Shown here piece by piece: positions 1 through 12,349 of a DNA stretch of 64,000 nt. Source of the stretch: the human T2T-CHM13v2.0 reference genome, Homo sapiens; NCBI RefSeq assembly GCF_009914755.1, contig NC_060933.1, one strand, 5' to 3'. A program made the position numbers and the translations under genes. How positions within the stretch are numbered: the first letter of the stretch is position 1; every line of letters begins with the position of its first letter. The notes beneath the pieces were generated by a model that was not told where the DNA came from, searched no databases, and was given only the letters and a program-made list of their open reading frames with translations.

Positions 1-1261
1 TGTTAAAGGATTTGAACTTACCTAACCTCCCTGACAGGGCGCCATGGAGTCAGGGCAGGGAATGGCTCAGGTGTCTGTCCACTTTGGTGTAACCACCTGA
101 CATTGTGGTTAGACCATGGTGCCTGACTGCAGAGCACCAGCGGGGCACCTCTTGTCACCCACAGCTGCAGATAGCCAGGGCCGACAAAATCACACATAAA
201 GATTCCTGTGCCTCCCTGACCAGTGCTCCCAGGACCCCCCTCTTGGCAGAGCCTTACTAACCTTTCCAGCCCCTTGCAGACTCCACATGTCCCCTTTCAC
301 TTTCCTACCCATCATGTTGTCCTCACTCCTCAGGGACTCCTAACAAGGGCTTCTTTTTGTCTCCTGCCTAATAAGGAATGATTTGCTTCTATTTGATAGT
401 TGGTTATGCTTGGCTTTATGAGACCCTCAGATGGTAGAAAACACCAGACATACTTTGTAACCTCTAATGGTGGGATGAAAGGCAATATTTCAGGAATTGC
501 AGACAGCCAGGAGACAGGAAGCCTGGTCCTAAGAGTGGTTAGAGCAGGGCCTCCCGCTTCCCCATCCTTGCTTCTTTGGTCTACAGCCTTCCCCTCCAGC
601 AGGTCTCCTCCCAGTCTGTTCTCCCTTCTCTGCTTTTCTTTCCCACTTCTCAAATCGAGCCCCTCATCCTCTCCTTGGACTCCCAGTTGCATTGTCTTCT
701 GGTGCCCAGTAGAGGACTGGCTTGCTCTCTCTGACCTCCGTCCTAAGATGGATCTAAACCTCCTTTGTTGGCTCTGCCTCTAGTAGTAAAGTTTCTGATG
801 ACAAAGGGTGTCATTGGAGCTGCATCCTCTTGGTTAATGCAAGTAATAGACACAATTTTATTATTGAGGGACCATCTGAACCTCTCTGTCAGTGACTTTG
901 GAAGTAAAATGTACCATGGAAAAGCTCATTTCTTTATTGCTTGTTTCTCTTTTTCTTTCTCTCCTTTCTTTCCCCCCTTAGGCAGGAATTATTATAACAA
1001 TAAAGAAAAGTAACAAAATTTTTCTCCAAATCCCACAACCATCAGTCATCAGCTGTTTTTACTTTTCCTGGTATTCTCTTCCAGTCCCTGCTCATCTACA
1101 GCGACCTTAACTAGATTCAGTTTTGAAGTGCGTTTTTTTTTTATGCCAAATGATCATATTTGGAACAAACTGAAGTAATTGAGCTATAGGATTATCTTGG
1201 GTAATAATGGCTTCTTCTTTTGATTATTTCCCTTTAGGAGTGACACTGCTGATCCTGTAAC

Positions 1262-2432
1262 ATGGAGGATTGTCTTCATACCTCATCTGAGAATCTGTCC
1301 AAATTGGTCAGCTGGGCCCATAGCCATGGGACTATTTGCAGCCTCATTCCAAACCTGAAACACTTGCTTTCTGAAGGTTCCCATGGGAACCTGACAGCAA
1401 TGTGGGGCTGTAGTGCTGGCCATGCTTATCACTGGCCACTAACAGCTACTTGCAGAGCTGGGTCCCAAGAGAGGGTCTGTTTCCAGGATAACAGAAGTTT
1501 TAACTCTGATAGTCCCAGTATAATCGGGGTGCCCTCTGAGACACAGACTAGCCCTGTTGAAAGGTACCCTGGGAGACCAGTGAAAGCAAAGCTAGACTGT
1601 AACCGGACCAGAGACTCTTGTGACTTCTCCTACTGTAGTGAGCCCTCTGAACTGGATGAAACTGTTGAAGAATATGAAGATGAGAACACCCTGTTTGACA
1701 TGGTTTGTGAGTCTTCTGTTACAGATGAGGATAGTGACTTTGAACCCCAAACCCAAAGGCCTCAAAGCATTGCTCGCAAAAGACCTGGGGTAGTCCCATC
1801 TTCCCTCCATTCAAGCTCCCAGACGCAGATGGTTGACGAATGCAGCAATGATGTCATCATCAAGAAAATCAAACAAGAAATCCCCGAAGATTATTACATT
1901 GTGGCAAATGCAGAACTGACAGGAGGAGTAGATGGACCAGCCCTGTCCTTGACACAGATGGCAAAACCCAAGCCTCAGACTCACGCTGGTCCCTCCTGTG
2001 TAGGGTCTGCTAAACTGATTCCCCATGTCACATCTGCCATCAGCACGGAGCTAGACCCACACGGTATGTCTGCATCCCCCTCTGTGATCTCCAGACCAAT
2101 TGTCCAGAAGACTGCTAGGGTATCTCTGGCTTCACCAAACAGAGGACCCCCTGGTACACATGGCACCAACCAACAGGTGGCCATGCAAATGCCTGTGAGC
2201 ACATCCCATCCTAACAAACAGATCAGTATCCCCTTGTCTGCCCTGCAGCTGCCTGGACAGGATGAGCAAGTTGCCTCTGAAGAGTTCCTGTCCCATCTGC
2301 CCAGCCAGGTCTCCTCCTGTGAGGTAGCCCTTTCTCCCTCAGTTAACACAGAGCCAGAAGTGAGCTCCAGTCAGCAGCAGCCCCCAGTCGCTCCAGCCAT
2401 AACCACTGAGGCCACAGCACAGTGCATACCAG
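1262..2432 (+). CDS. KIAA1958: KIAA1958 first coding exon (N-terminal 390 codons + 1 nt); the exon starts at 1238 with 24 nt of 5' UTR
   Basis: 413-aa ORF MEDCLHTSSENLSKLVSWAHSHG... recognised as the KIAA1958 N-terminus. Acceptor cttcttcttttgattatttccctttAG|GAG at 1236-1237; ATG in AACATGG context; donor CCAG|GTATGG at 2432/2433. The 1171 coding nt give phase 1, matching the downstream exon. Confidence 0.93.
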
Positions 2433-3519
2433 GTATGGCACATGAGGCGACAGTGAGTCCCTCATCCACGCACGCCAGAATTCTGCGCCGTCAGCACTTC
2501 TAAAACCATTCACTCAGTTTGCTAGAATTCAGTCCTTTGTTAGTCATAGAAAGATAGAAACAATGACTGTGTTACATCCAGGTGATACTATACAGGAAAT
2601 TCATAAGAATTATGGCCATATCTAGTTGACGTACCTTAGGGCTGAGAGGACAGCTGTAAGATTGTTCTGTTGATATTGCAGCGTTAGATTTAAGGTTGAT
2701 ACCTGTCAGCTGAATTTTTATATAGTAAAGTTATTTTTGAAAGTTTTAAAAATATGCTTCTCCATCAGTAGCAAGGTGTTTAGTTGCTGTTTGAAGCCAA
2801 AATAATGTTGGGTAAGGCATATCATGACAATAGACCTAATGCTTTTCGTATTATTTATTTGACTGAGCCAACTTGACGTTGCTATTCATTTTAGTTGCTC
2901 TGGTAGTTAATAAGTATTTTAAAAAGCAATGTACATTTCTAAAAGAGGTATTTGATCTTTTCTCTTAAAATTTAAAAGAATATGGAAACTTGCATTTCTG
3001 GAATCTGTGAGCCAATGGGAATGGATTGAGAGGAGAATGAAATAATTGTACGAGGCCCCTGCACCTGTAATTCTAACGTTCTAATGTTCTTTAATTCTGA
3101 CATTCAATGTTTATTTAATCTGGGCCATTAGTATATAAAGGGGTTGGATCTCATGCTTTGGCTTCATGACTCAATTCTAGTAGGCTAGAATAGAAACGTG
3201 GACAAGGATGAACAAATGTGCAGAAATCTGTGGCATGTTTTAGTTTATTTCAGCCCTTCTCAAAAACGTCGTGTATTTTGGGAAAAGCTTCCTAGAAACC
3301 TGAGGCCCCTGTGCCTTCATCCTGAAACGTCCTTGGATTAAGTTGCTTTACAAACTTCTTTTTTCCAATTTTAGTATCAACTTTAAGATTCCCAAAGAAG
3401 ACCTTTCATTTATGATTTTTTTGAAGACATAGTCATGGTGTTATTAAGAAGATATTCACTGAAAATATTTATATCCTGATTGAAGATTATGCTTTTCAGT
3501 TTATTCACTTTTATCTTTT

Positions 3520-4480
3520 TTTAAATAATAGTTTTATTGAGATACAGTTCACATATAAAATTCACTCTCTTAAAGTGTACAGTTCAGTGGGTTTTGGTGT
3601 ATTCATAGAGTTGTACAACTATCGCTATTATCTAATTTCAGAATATTTTCATCACCCCAAAAAGAAATCCCATACCCATTAACAGTCACTTTTTCCCTCC
3701 TCTTAGTTCCTGGCAACTGCTAATCTGCTTTCTGTCTATGGATTTTCCTATTCTATATGTTTCATATACATGGAATCATATATTATGTGGTCTTTTGTGA
3801 CCACCCTCTTACACTTAGCATTATGTTTTCAAGGTTAATCCATGTTGTAGCGTTTCTTTCCTTTTTATTGCCAAATAATATTTTGTTGTATGACTATACC
3901 ATATTTTATTTTTCCTTTCATCAGTTGATGGACATTGGGGTTGTGTTCATATTTTGGCTATTATGAATACTGCTGCTGTGAACATTTGTGAACAGGTTTT
4001 TGTGTGGGTGTGTATGTTTATCTTGCTTGGGTAACTACCTAGGAGTGGAATTGCTGGGTCCTGTGGTAACTTTGTATTTAACTTTTTGAGGAGCTGTCAA
4101 ACTGTTTTCCCAAGCAGCTCCATCATTGTACAGCCTCACTAGTAATCTATAAAGGTTCTTACTGCTCCACATTGTCACCAACACTTGTTATTTTTCATGT
4201 TTAAAAAAATAATAAATATCCTATTGGGTGTGTGAAGTAGTATCTTATTGGGGTTTTGATTTGCATTACCCTAATGACTAATGGTACTGAGATTTTTTTC
4301 ATGTGCTTGTTAGCCATTTGTATATTTTCTTTTGAGAAATATCTACTCAAATCTTTTGGCCATTTTAAAATTGCCTTCTTATTGGTGAGTTTTTGGAGTT
4401 CTTTATGTGTGCTGAATATGAGATCCTTATCAGGTATATAATTGGCAAGTATTTTCTCCCATCCCATGGATTGTCTTTTT
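3520..4480 (-). mobile_element. L1MB-like LINE-1 3' fragment
   Basis: Minus-strand ORF 4201-4467 WEKILANYIPDKDL...KWPKDLSRYFSKENIQMANKHMKK is the L1 ORF2 C-terminus; L1M 3' UTR motifs at 3550-3700. Confidence 0.85.
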
Positions 4481-6169
4481 CTTTCTTTCTTTTAAAAAAT
4501 ATTTTAATGAATTATACTTTGATCATTGAATAACAATGTGGTCCTTGACTAATCTCATCATGAGACAAAATGTTATCTTTATTAGGCTGGTGAAAGTCTT
4601 TGTTCTAGGAAATCTGACTCTTGATATATGTAGGATATAAGTAGCACCTTTTCACTTAAATGGTTATGAACCTAGTTCTAGTTTATTTATTTATTTGAAC
4701 TCTCCTGCCCCCCTTTTTTTTTTTTCATTTAAATAGGGTAGAATTCAGAAATGTATTTTGCAAAGTGGTCCAGTGTACCCAGTTTGGTGAGAGTATTAGT
4801 TGTGTTGCATACCTTTTCACTAATCCCTGCAAAGCAAGATGCAAGACTTTTCTGCATCTGCCTTGTGGATAGTAAATGAGGCACTGAGGCGCTTTGCTAA
4901 ACCATATATGAATATATTACTGTCTCATTATTTTGGGAAAGAAATTCAGCCTATTTGAAAAAAAAAAACGAATCCATTTATTATTGTGTGTATTACATTC
5001 TCTTAGGTTTTTTTCTTCCCTCATGGAAATTGCACTTCTTATATTAGCTATGAAAAGCTGGCATGGCCAAAGAGAGCACAGAATATATACTGTCATAAAT
5101 TGTGATTTGGCTTTATTCTCAGAGGAGGATTAGTTTGGCTTGGAGGTAAACCTTTAAGAAAAACACTATGAAGACTGGTCATGACGATTTTCCAAGGATG
5201 GTCCTCGTATTTTGATCCATTGTTCTCGGGAAGGGTATCATATTGCTAAGATGTCATTAGCTTTAGAGATATACTGTTTGAACTGGAAACAGCAGTGGGA
5301 CAAATAAAAATCAGACTCATATTTTTCTTTTGAGTGAACTGTATAAAGTTAACATAAAATTTACTTTTTACTTTAGTACCTAACTAGATTCTGTGTTCTA
5401 AAGTTTTAGTTATGTGTTTGTGTTTGCATGTTTATTTATAGTAGATAATCTTTCTAAACATAGATTTTAAAAAATTTAGAATCTAGCACACCCAGATGTA
5501 TGTGAATGACTTGGTTACGGATGGACCTTACACAGTTAATATGTAAAGCGTACTTGGGACTAAGCAAAGAAGACAGGTTCTGAAAGCTAAGTCAGGTTCT
5601 TTTAAAATGGATGCTCTGTACTGAGTCTTTATCAGATCATTGCAGAAATACTGCGTATCTTTAGATAATATTTTTAAAATAAATAATTTGACAAATGACT
5701 ATTGAGTCAGCCAGAAACAAAGAAAAATTGTTCCATTTTGTTTGGTTTTACTGTTGCCATTTAAATTTGATTCCCATAGTGGAAAATCATCCCTACTTCT
5801 GTTCAGAGCTGAACTCATAAAATTATAAAATGTTAATCAAGGTATAGATAAAATCATTAATTTTCATGTCAATCCTGCCATACTGCTCAATCCAAATCTT
5901 AGCAAACAATGAGTAAAGAGGGCATCTATTATTAGAAGAATTATTGACTACCTACTAGTAGCTTGGATTCCATTAATTTTTGAGGTTTTATGTAAATTTG
6001 GGGCATTTGTCATAATGACATTTAAATCTCTATCGCATCATGAGTTAGGGTTTTATGTGTATATTATATTTCTTCAATATACTTACATACACATAGCTTC
6101 TTTTATGATTTTGTGTAAGGATCCCTTTTATTAATCAGCTTTTTTCCCAGTTCTGTGGTATAAGCAATC

Positions 6170-6850
6170 CATTTTTGCCTATCAGATTTGTATGTATATA
6201 TATTTTTTCTTTTAAAAAAATATATTTATCTTTTTCTAATAGATTCATATGGGTTCTGGATATATTAGAAATAGTAACTCATAATCTCTCATGTATATTG
6301 GAAATACATTTCCCAAGTAGCTCATAGTCTCTCACGTATATTGGAAATACATTTCCCACTTTACCATTAGCTTTTAATTTTGTTGATGACCTTTTTTAAG
6401 GTGTGAATTTTCTTAATTTTTATGAAGGCAATTCTTTCAACATCTATCAGTCAATCAATCTTTTCTGTCTTTGGTATTTTGCTTAGGAAGTCCTTTCCAT
6501 ACATTGGGATCACATAAATATTTCTCTGTATTTCCCTCTTATTCTTTTATGGTTTTCTTTCTCTCTCCTCTCCTCTCCCTTTCTTTTTTTGACATTTGAC
6601 TTTACAGTTAGAATACCTTTTGGGGTAGAACCTCATGTTACTATTTTTGCAGGTAGTCAGGTGTCTCAGCTTCATTTGTTGAATAATTCTCATTCTCCGC
6701 TGAATTGATTCAGATACCACATTTTTGTTTATTATTGGGTCTCTTTCTTGTTTTCAGTTCTGTTTTTATTGATCTCTTTATTTTTTCTTCTGATTTTTAC
6801 TGTTTGAGTATTTATTTGTATAAATTTATGGTGATTGTATTTTATACAAA
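6170..6850 (-). mobile_element. Old L1M(E) fragment
   Basis: Antisense L1 ORF2-end motifs (tttgcttaggaagtcctttcc, cagcttcatttgttgaataa). Confidence 0.55.
6273..6358. repeat. 43-bp tandem duplication (2 copies, 3 transitions)
   Basis: agtaactcataatctctcatgtatattggaaatacatttccca / agtagctcatagtctctcacgtatattggaaatacatttccca. Confidence 0.95.
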
Positions 6851-6989
6851 AAATGCATTCAGAAAGAAATGTAGTCTAAGTCATTTAATATGCTTTTTGA
6901 AAAATTACTCATGTAAAATTGAGTTCAGTGAGCTTTTAAAAATTGATTAAGGTATGTATTACTGCCAGTTATTTGATCTGTGTTGACAT

Positions 6990-7440
6990 AATAGATAATG
7001 GTTTCTCTTGTCAGAAGCAAAAAATCTGAGTTGAAATAAGTTAAAGGAGAGAATTGACTGCCTTATAGTTCAAGGACAGATTTTCAAACCAGCTTTCACT
7101 CAGGCTCAGACAGCATCAAGTTTCCCTCTTGCCATTTGCCACCTTGCCTTCCTCCCTATTAGATTCACCTGTTATACTTGACCCCTGCGTGGACCCAAGA
7201 TGGTTGTGCTGCTGGTTTCTTGTCTAGCAGTAGACAGAACCTGTGTCACAGCATTCCCAGTCACCCCTAAATCACGCATAGGGGGATCAGGCCCCCACCC
7301 TGGAAATGGTATTGAGACCAAGCCTACACAAACTACATAGCTGAGTGTGAGCGTGGGGTGGAAGTATTCTTCCAAGAACATTCTAGGTATGATTCTTGAG
7401 AGGGGCAGTAAACCAGAGATTCCTACTACTGTTTATGGGA
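6990..7440. mobile_element. Probable old MaLR (MLT1-type) LTR fragment
   Basis: Degenerate motifs such as caagatggttg and tggaaatggtattga; recognition is weak. Confidence 0.35.
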
Positions 7441-7479
7441 GGTTTGTTTTGTTTTCTTTTGAGCATTTAGTTTTTTTTA

Positions 7480-8022
<543 letters not shown>

Positions 8023-8279
8023 TTAACCTTTTCCTGTAGTTTCCTGAAGGAAGAGCTGAGTTATAATTTTTGAAAAATAAGAGAGACAAAGTAAAAATTC
8101 AGCTTTTTATTTTTGCCATCATTTTCTTCCTTATCACAAACCGGGTACACATCTGAAGATTGATATGGCAGGCAGCTCTGGGCTGAGAGAGTGGAGCCTG
8201 GCCACCCGGAGCTTAGAGTCTGATGTGTTTATTTATTTTTATTTTTTTCTCAGATCTCTTAGAGATGAATAGAATCAGA

Positions 8280-8490
8280 TGTATTTGAGTTGATTCCTTA
8301 CTCTGCCTCCTGCTGGCCTTGTGACCTTAGCTACGTCATTTCACTTCTCTGAAACTCAGTTCCCTCATTTGTAAAGTAATGATAATGTCTGCCTGTCAGG
8401 GTTATTGTGAGGACCAAATGCAAAAATATAGGTAAAGCACTAAAGAGAGTACCTGACATATGATAAACATTCAATAAATGGATAATAGCC
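8280..8490 (+). mobile_element. MIR
   Basis: Core tgtgaccttag...cttctctgaaactcagttccctcatttgtaaa; 3' end gtaaagcact...acattcaataaatg. Confidence 0.85.
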
Positions 8491-8596
8491 GCCTTTATTA
8501 ATATTTTTATTTTCATCATCATCATCATTAGATTGTGCTCAATACTCTGTGAGAAGTGAAGTAGATTCTGGTTTCATGTAGTTACACCCATTTGTC

Positions 8597-8672
8597 TACT
8601 AAAATATGGTCCGTGGACCAGTATCACCACCAGCATTACCTGGGAGCACATTAGAAATGCAGAGTTTCAGGA
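8597..8672. mobile_element. MER5A (hAT-Charlie) fragment
   Basis: tggtccgtggaccag...cagcattacctgggagcacattagaaatgcaga. Confidence 0.7.
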
Positions 8673-9344
8673 GGCCGCGAGGAAAGACCAAAAATGCTGT
8701 GTCTGCCCAGCCTCCCCCAAGCCCTCAGTGCCCAGGGCCAGATCTGGGTGCAGGAGCGGAGATTAATAGGAAAGTCTAGAGCCTTATTTCCCTCACTCAT
8801 CCAGGAAGTGAACCTTGGAACTGATCTTTGGGGGCATTCTTTCCCAGATATAGGAAGTCATACACTAAAGGGGAAGGGAAGGAACATTGAACCCTGCTCA
8901 CAGGCCTGATACCTTTCAACACTAGTTATCCCATTTAACCTCTGTCACAATCCTGTTAGGAACTGGAGAGCTGAGATCTCAGAGAATGTGCAGCCACCCA
9001 AGAACACCACCAAGGTGAGGTGAAGGGACTCACTGGAAGCCTTGGTTTTCTTGGTCACGTCTGAGATCAGACCAGACTCAACTCTTCCCTGACATGCTAG
9101 TCCTGGGGGATGCATTCAGCCCACCTCTTGTTGCCACCTTTCCCCACTGTCAGAGCCACATACCCATGAATGCAAACTCACTGCAGTTGAGCAGCCCTAT
9201 TACCTCATTAGGGAAGCTTCACCGCTTCAGCGCTGGGAAGGCATAGGCACTGGTTTCAAGTCTACAGACAGTATCAGGCTTAGGAAAGGAAAGGCGTGAC
9301 AGTCACACTGTCACATTTTTTGCTCATTTACTTGAGTAGTAAAG

Positions 9345-9585
9345 AGTTGGGATAGCACAACGGGTGACTGTAGTCAATAATAACTTAATTGTACATTTTT
9401 AAATGACTAGAGAAGTATAATTGGATTGTCTGTAACAAAGGATAAATGCTTGAGGGGCTGAATACCCCATTCTCCATGATGTGATTATTACACATTTGCA
9501 TGCCTGTATCAAAATATCTCATGTAACCCATAAATATATACACCTACTATGTACCCACAAAAATTAAAAATTAAAAAAATTTTTA
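9345..9585 (+). mobile_element. L1MA-type 3' end
   Basis: ggataaatgcttgagggg...catgatgtgattattacac...aaatatatacacctactatgtacccacaaaaattaaaaatt. Confidence 0.9.
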
Positions 9586-10124
9586 AAGAAACAGTTGTTA
9601 GGCCAAGGGACCAAGAGAAAGCAGAGAGAGTGGAATATGAATGGCCGTAAGAGTGACTTGTTCTCACCTGCTCGATGATTCAGCAGCTCAGGGAAACATA
9701 GACATCTCTGAAGACCTAAGCTATGTCTCAGGACACTTTCAGGTCTTACTCGCCATCCACACGTGGGATCTAGAGGACAAAGGACTATATTAGGCAAGTG
9801 ACAACTCAGCCCTCTAATCCTTTAGAGGATCAGATAGAGTGGCATAATCCAAAGAACAGCTCTTATTTCAACTAAAGGGAGGAGAAACAGCAATAGCCCT
9901 GAAAAAAAAAAAAAACAGACAAAAAAACCGAATCCATAACCAAAGATGACAGCTTCTGTTCAGTACCCACTAGTTCTGTGGAATGAGTTCCCATGCTTCC
10001 TATGAAGGGCGGAGGGAAGGATTCAGTGACATGGACATGGCTGTCACTGAAGCAGCACATACAATTCTCTGGCATTGACAGGGGCTTGTTACATGTTTAT
10101 TGAATGAATCTCCCTGAAAAGAAA

Positions 10125-10225
10125 ACAAATGCAGAATCTCAGGCTCCACAAAATCAGAATCTGCATTTAAAAAGATCTCCAGGTGATTTTGTATGCGCAT
10201 TAGAGCTTGAGAAGCAGTGATCTAG
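10125..10225. mobile_element. MER5-type fragment
   Basis: aaatgcagaatctcaggc...aatcagaatctgcattt...ccaggtgatt. Confidence 0.75.
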
Positions 10226-10264
10226 GAAATTCAGGTTACAGCCTACATTGTCATTTCATCTGGC

Positions 10265-10435
10265 CACCCAGTAATGTTGAGCACTCTTCCTATCTATGTG
10301 AGAGAATTCCCTCCTTTGTGCATGTGTACCTCCCCATAGGAGAAGCCAGAAACTTGCTTTCCAGGTTTACATTTCAGCAAGGGCAGTCCTGTGACCTTAG
10401 GCTTTGCCAGTCAAATGCATCCACATCAGACTGGG
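10265..10435. mobile_element. Probable LTR33-like ERVL LTR fragment
   Basis: gaagccagaaacttgctttccag...tgtgaccttaggctttgccagtcaaatgcatcc. Confidence 0.4.
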
Positions 10436-10439
10436 GGAG

Positions 10440-11120
10440 CACAGAGATGCAAATTAAAACAACAAGATACTATCTTACTCCCATTAGAAAGGCAAAAAGT
10501 ATTAATTTTAAGTATTCCAAGTGTTATTGAAGGTATGAGAAAATGGGGACATGCTGGTGGAAATATAAATTGGTACAACTACTTTGGAGAGCAATTTACA
10601 ATATCAAAGTTTAAAGTGTGCGTATCATACAACCTTGGAATTCAATTTTTAAATGCCTGTCTTAGACTTTCTCATAGTATATAAAAGGAGATATGTACAG
10701 GGGTCTACAGTGCAACTTCTTGATAACAGGAGAAAAAAATCAGTTAACCTTAGTGTCTATCAATAGGGAAATAGATAAATATATTGTGATATATTTTTCA
10801 GTGAAATAGATGAATCAGCCAGATGTACATTTATTGTGTACAAATCTTGGAAGACAAAGTTGCAGAATATTATTATATATTAGAGTAATACCATACCTGT
10901 TTAAAGCACATGAACATTACGATGTAGTGTGTGTTACACAGACACACACACTTAATTAAACATGGACTGGAAGGAGACACCCCAGATACACAGTAGTGGT
11001 TTTCTTCGAGGAGGGGGTAATGGAAACAGGTACATGGGAAGCTTAAACTGTATCTATAATTTTTTAAAATACGTATGTAATATATATAGCAAAATGTGAA
11101 CATTTATTAAATCTGAGTGG
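10440..11120 (+). mobile_element. L1ME-like 3' fragment
   Basis: gatgcaaattaaaacaacaagatac (MQIKTTRY), tgctggtggaaatataaattggtacaactactttggagagcaattt. Confidence 0.8.
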
Positions 11121-11126
11121 TGGGCA

Positions 11127-11252
11127 CTCAGCACTCTGGAAGGCTGAGGTGGGAGGATCACTTGAGCCCGGGAGTTTAAGGCTGCAGTGAGCTATGATTG
11201 TGCCACTGCACGCCAGCCTGAACAACAGCAAGACCCAGTCTCTTAAAAAAAA
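11127..11252 (+). mobile_element. Alu monomer (FRAM / right-arm type)
   Basis: Alu motifs and A-tail; flanked by aaatctgagtgRtggg on both sides. Confidence 0.9.
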
Positions 11253-11289
11253 AAATCTGAGTGATGGGAACATGAGTTTATGTTAACAG

Positions 11290-11500
11290 GAGGCAACCTT
11301 AGCACAATGCTTCAGGGTTGAACTTTACACACAACAGCCTGGATTCATATCCCAGCCCTGCCCCCTTCTTTTCTGGGTGACTGTGGCAAGTTACTTAACC
11401 TTTCTGTGGCTTAGTTTTCTCATCTGTAAGATAAAGATGCTAATAAAGCAATTCTATAGGGTTGATATATATATAGATTAAGTTGAGCTATACAAAGCCC
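11290..11500 (+). mobile_element. MIR
   Basis: ctgggtgactgtggcaagttacttaacctttctgtggcttagttttctcatctgtaa. Confidence 0.85.
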
Positions 11501-12349
11501 TCTGGTTCATGGTAAACATACTCTAGCTGGTATTCCGTATACTTTTTTGGATGTTTAAAAATGTGATTACTTTTAAAAATAGATCATGAAGCATAAATAA
11601 AATTGATTGTGGAATATTTACGAAGGCATTGTAACATTATTGCTGTTACCGAATGTGGAGTATTTTTGTTAGAAAGCAAAAGTTACTACTACTGTCTTCT
11701 AGTATATTTGTTTATGGACAAGGAATTTGAGAATTATCCTCACAAATTTTAACACTATGGGTTTTCTCCTTATGATTGTGATGGGATGCTGTCATGGGAA
11801 AGTTTTTTTAAAGTTCTTCTGTTGGAATAAATAAAAAACACAAAAATAAAATGTCTGTTATCTATGCAGTACTTTTATTCGAGGATCAACATTGCCTGAG
11901 TTCCACAAAGTGAGAGGTTATTTCCTTTATTTTACTGATGGAAATGACACACAAAGAAGGTAGATGGTTTGGTTGAAGTTATGACGGGTGAGAGGGAACC
12001 TGGCCCCCTCCTTGTGAACCGAGAGGGACAGGGTTGGCGACCAGCATGCACCATGCTCCCCGCCCCGCCTTTGCCTGCATTGGTACAGGAGTAGTCTAAA
12101 CTGCCGACTGCTTCCCCTTCCTCTCCTTTTATGTCACATCATGCCCATCACTTATCCAAAGTCGAGACTGCTAGGTTATATCCTAAAGAGGTCATTTATT
12201 TTTAAAATTAGAATCAAAAAGGACCTAGAGTTTAACAGAAGGATTGACTGAGGATCAGGGAGACATGTCTCTTAGTCTTTTTTCTATTAAGTATCTGCAC
12301 AAGTCACTTACACTTCAGTTTATCAGACCTGTTTTTAGGATCAACTTTG

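Noticed and set aside
330-1013. Overlapping ORFs of 120, 127 and 82 aa upstream of the ATG exon
   Set aside because: Driven by a pyrimidine/purine-skewed low-complexity tract; no recognisable domain or coherent splice structure.
1592-2349. Minus-strand ORFs over the ATG exon (likewise 45022-45551 over the DUF3504 exon)
   Set aside because: Antisense or alternate-frame shadows of real coding sequence.
4201-4467. L1 ORF2-like peptides here and at 22090 and 62772
   Set aside because: Short decayed fragments of old LINE-1 copies; not functional genes.
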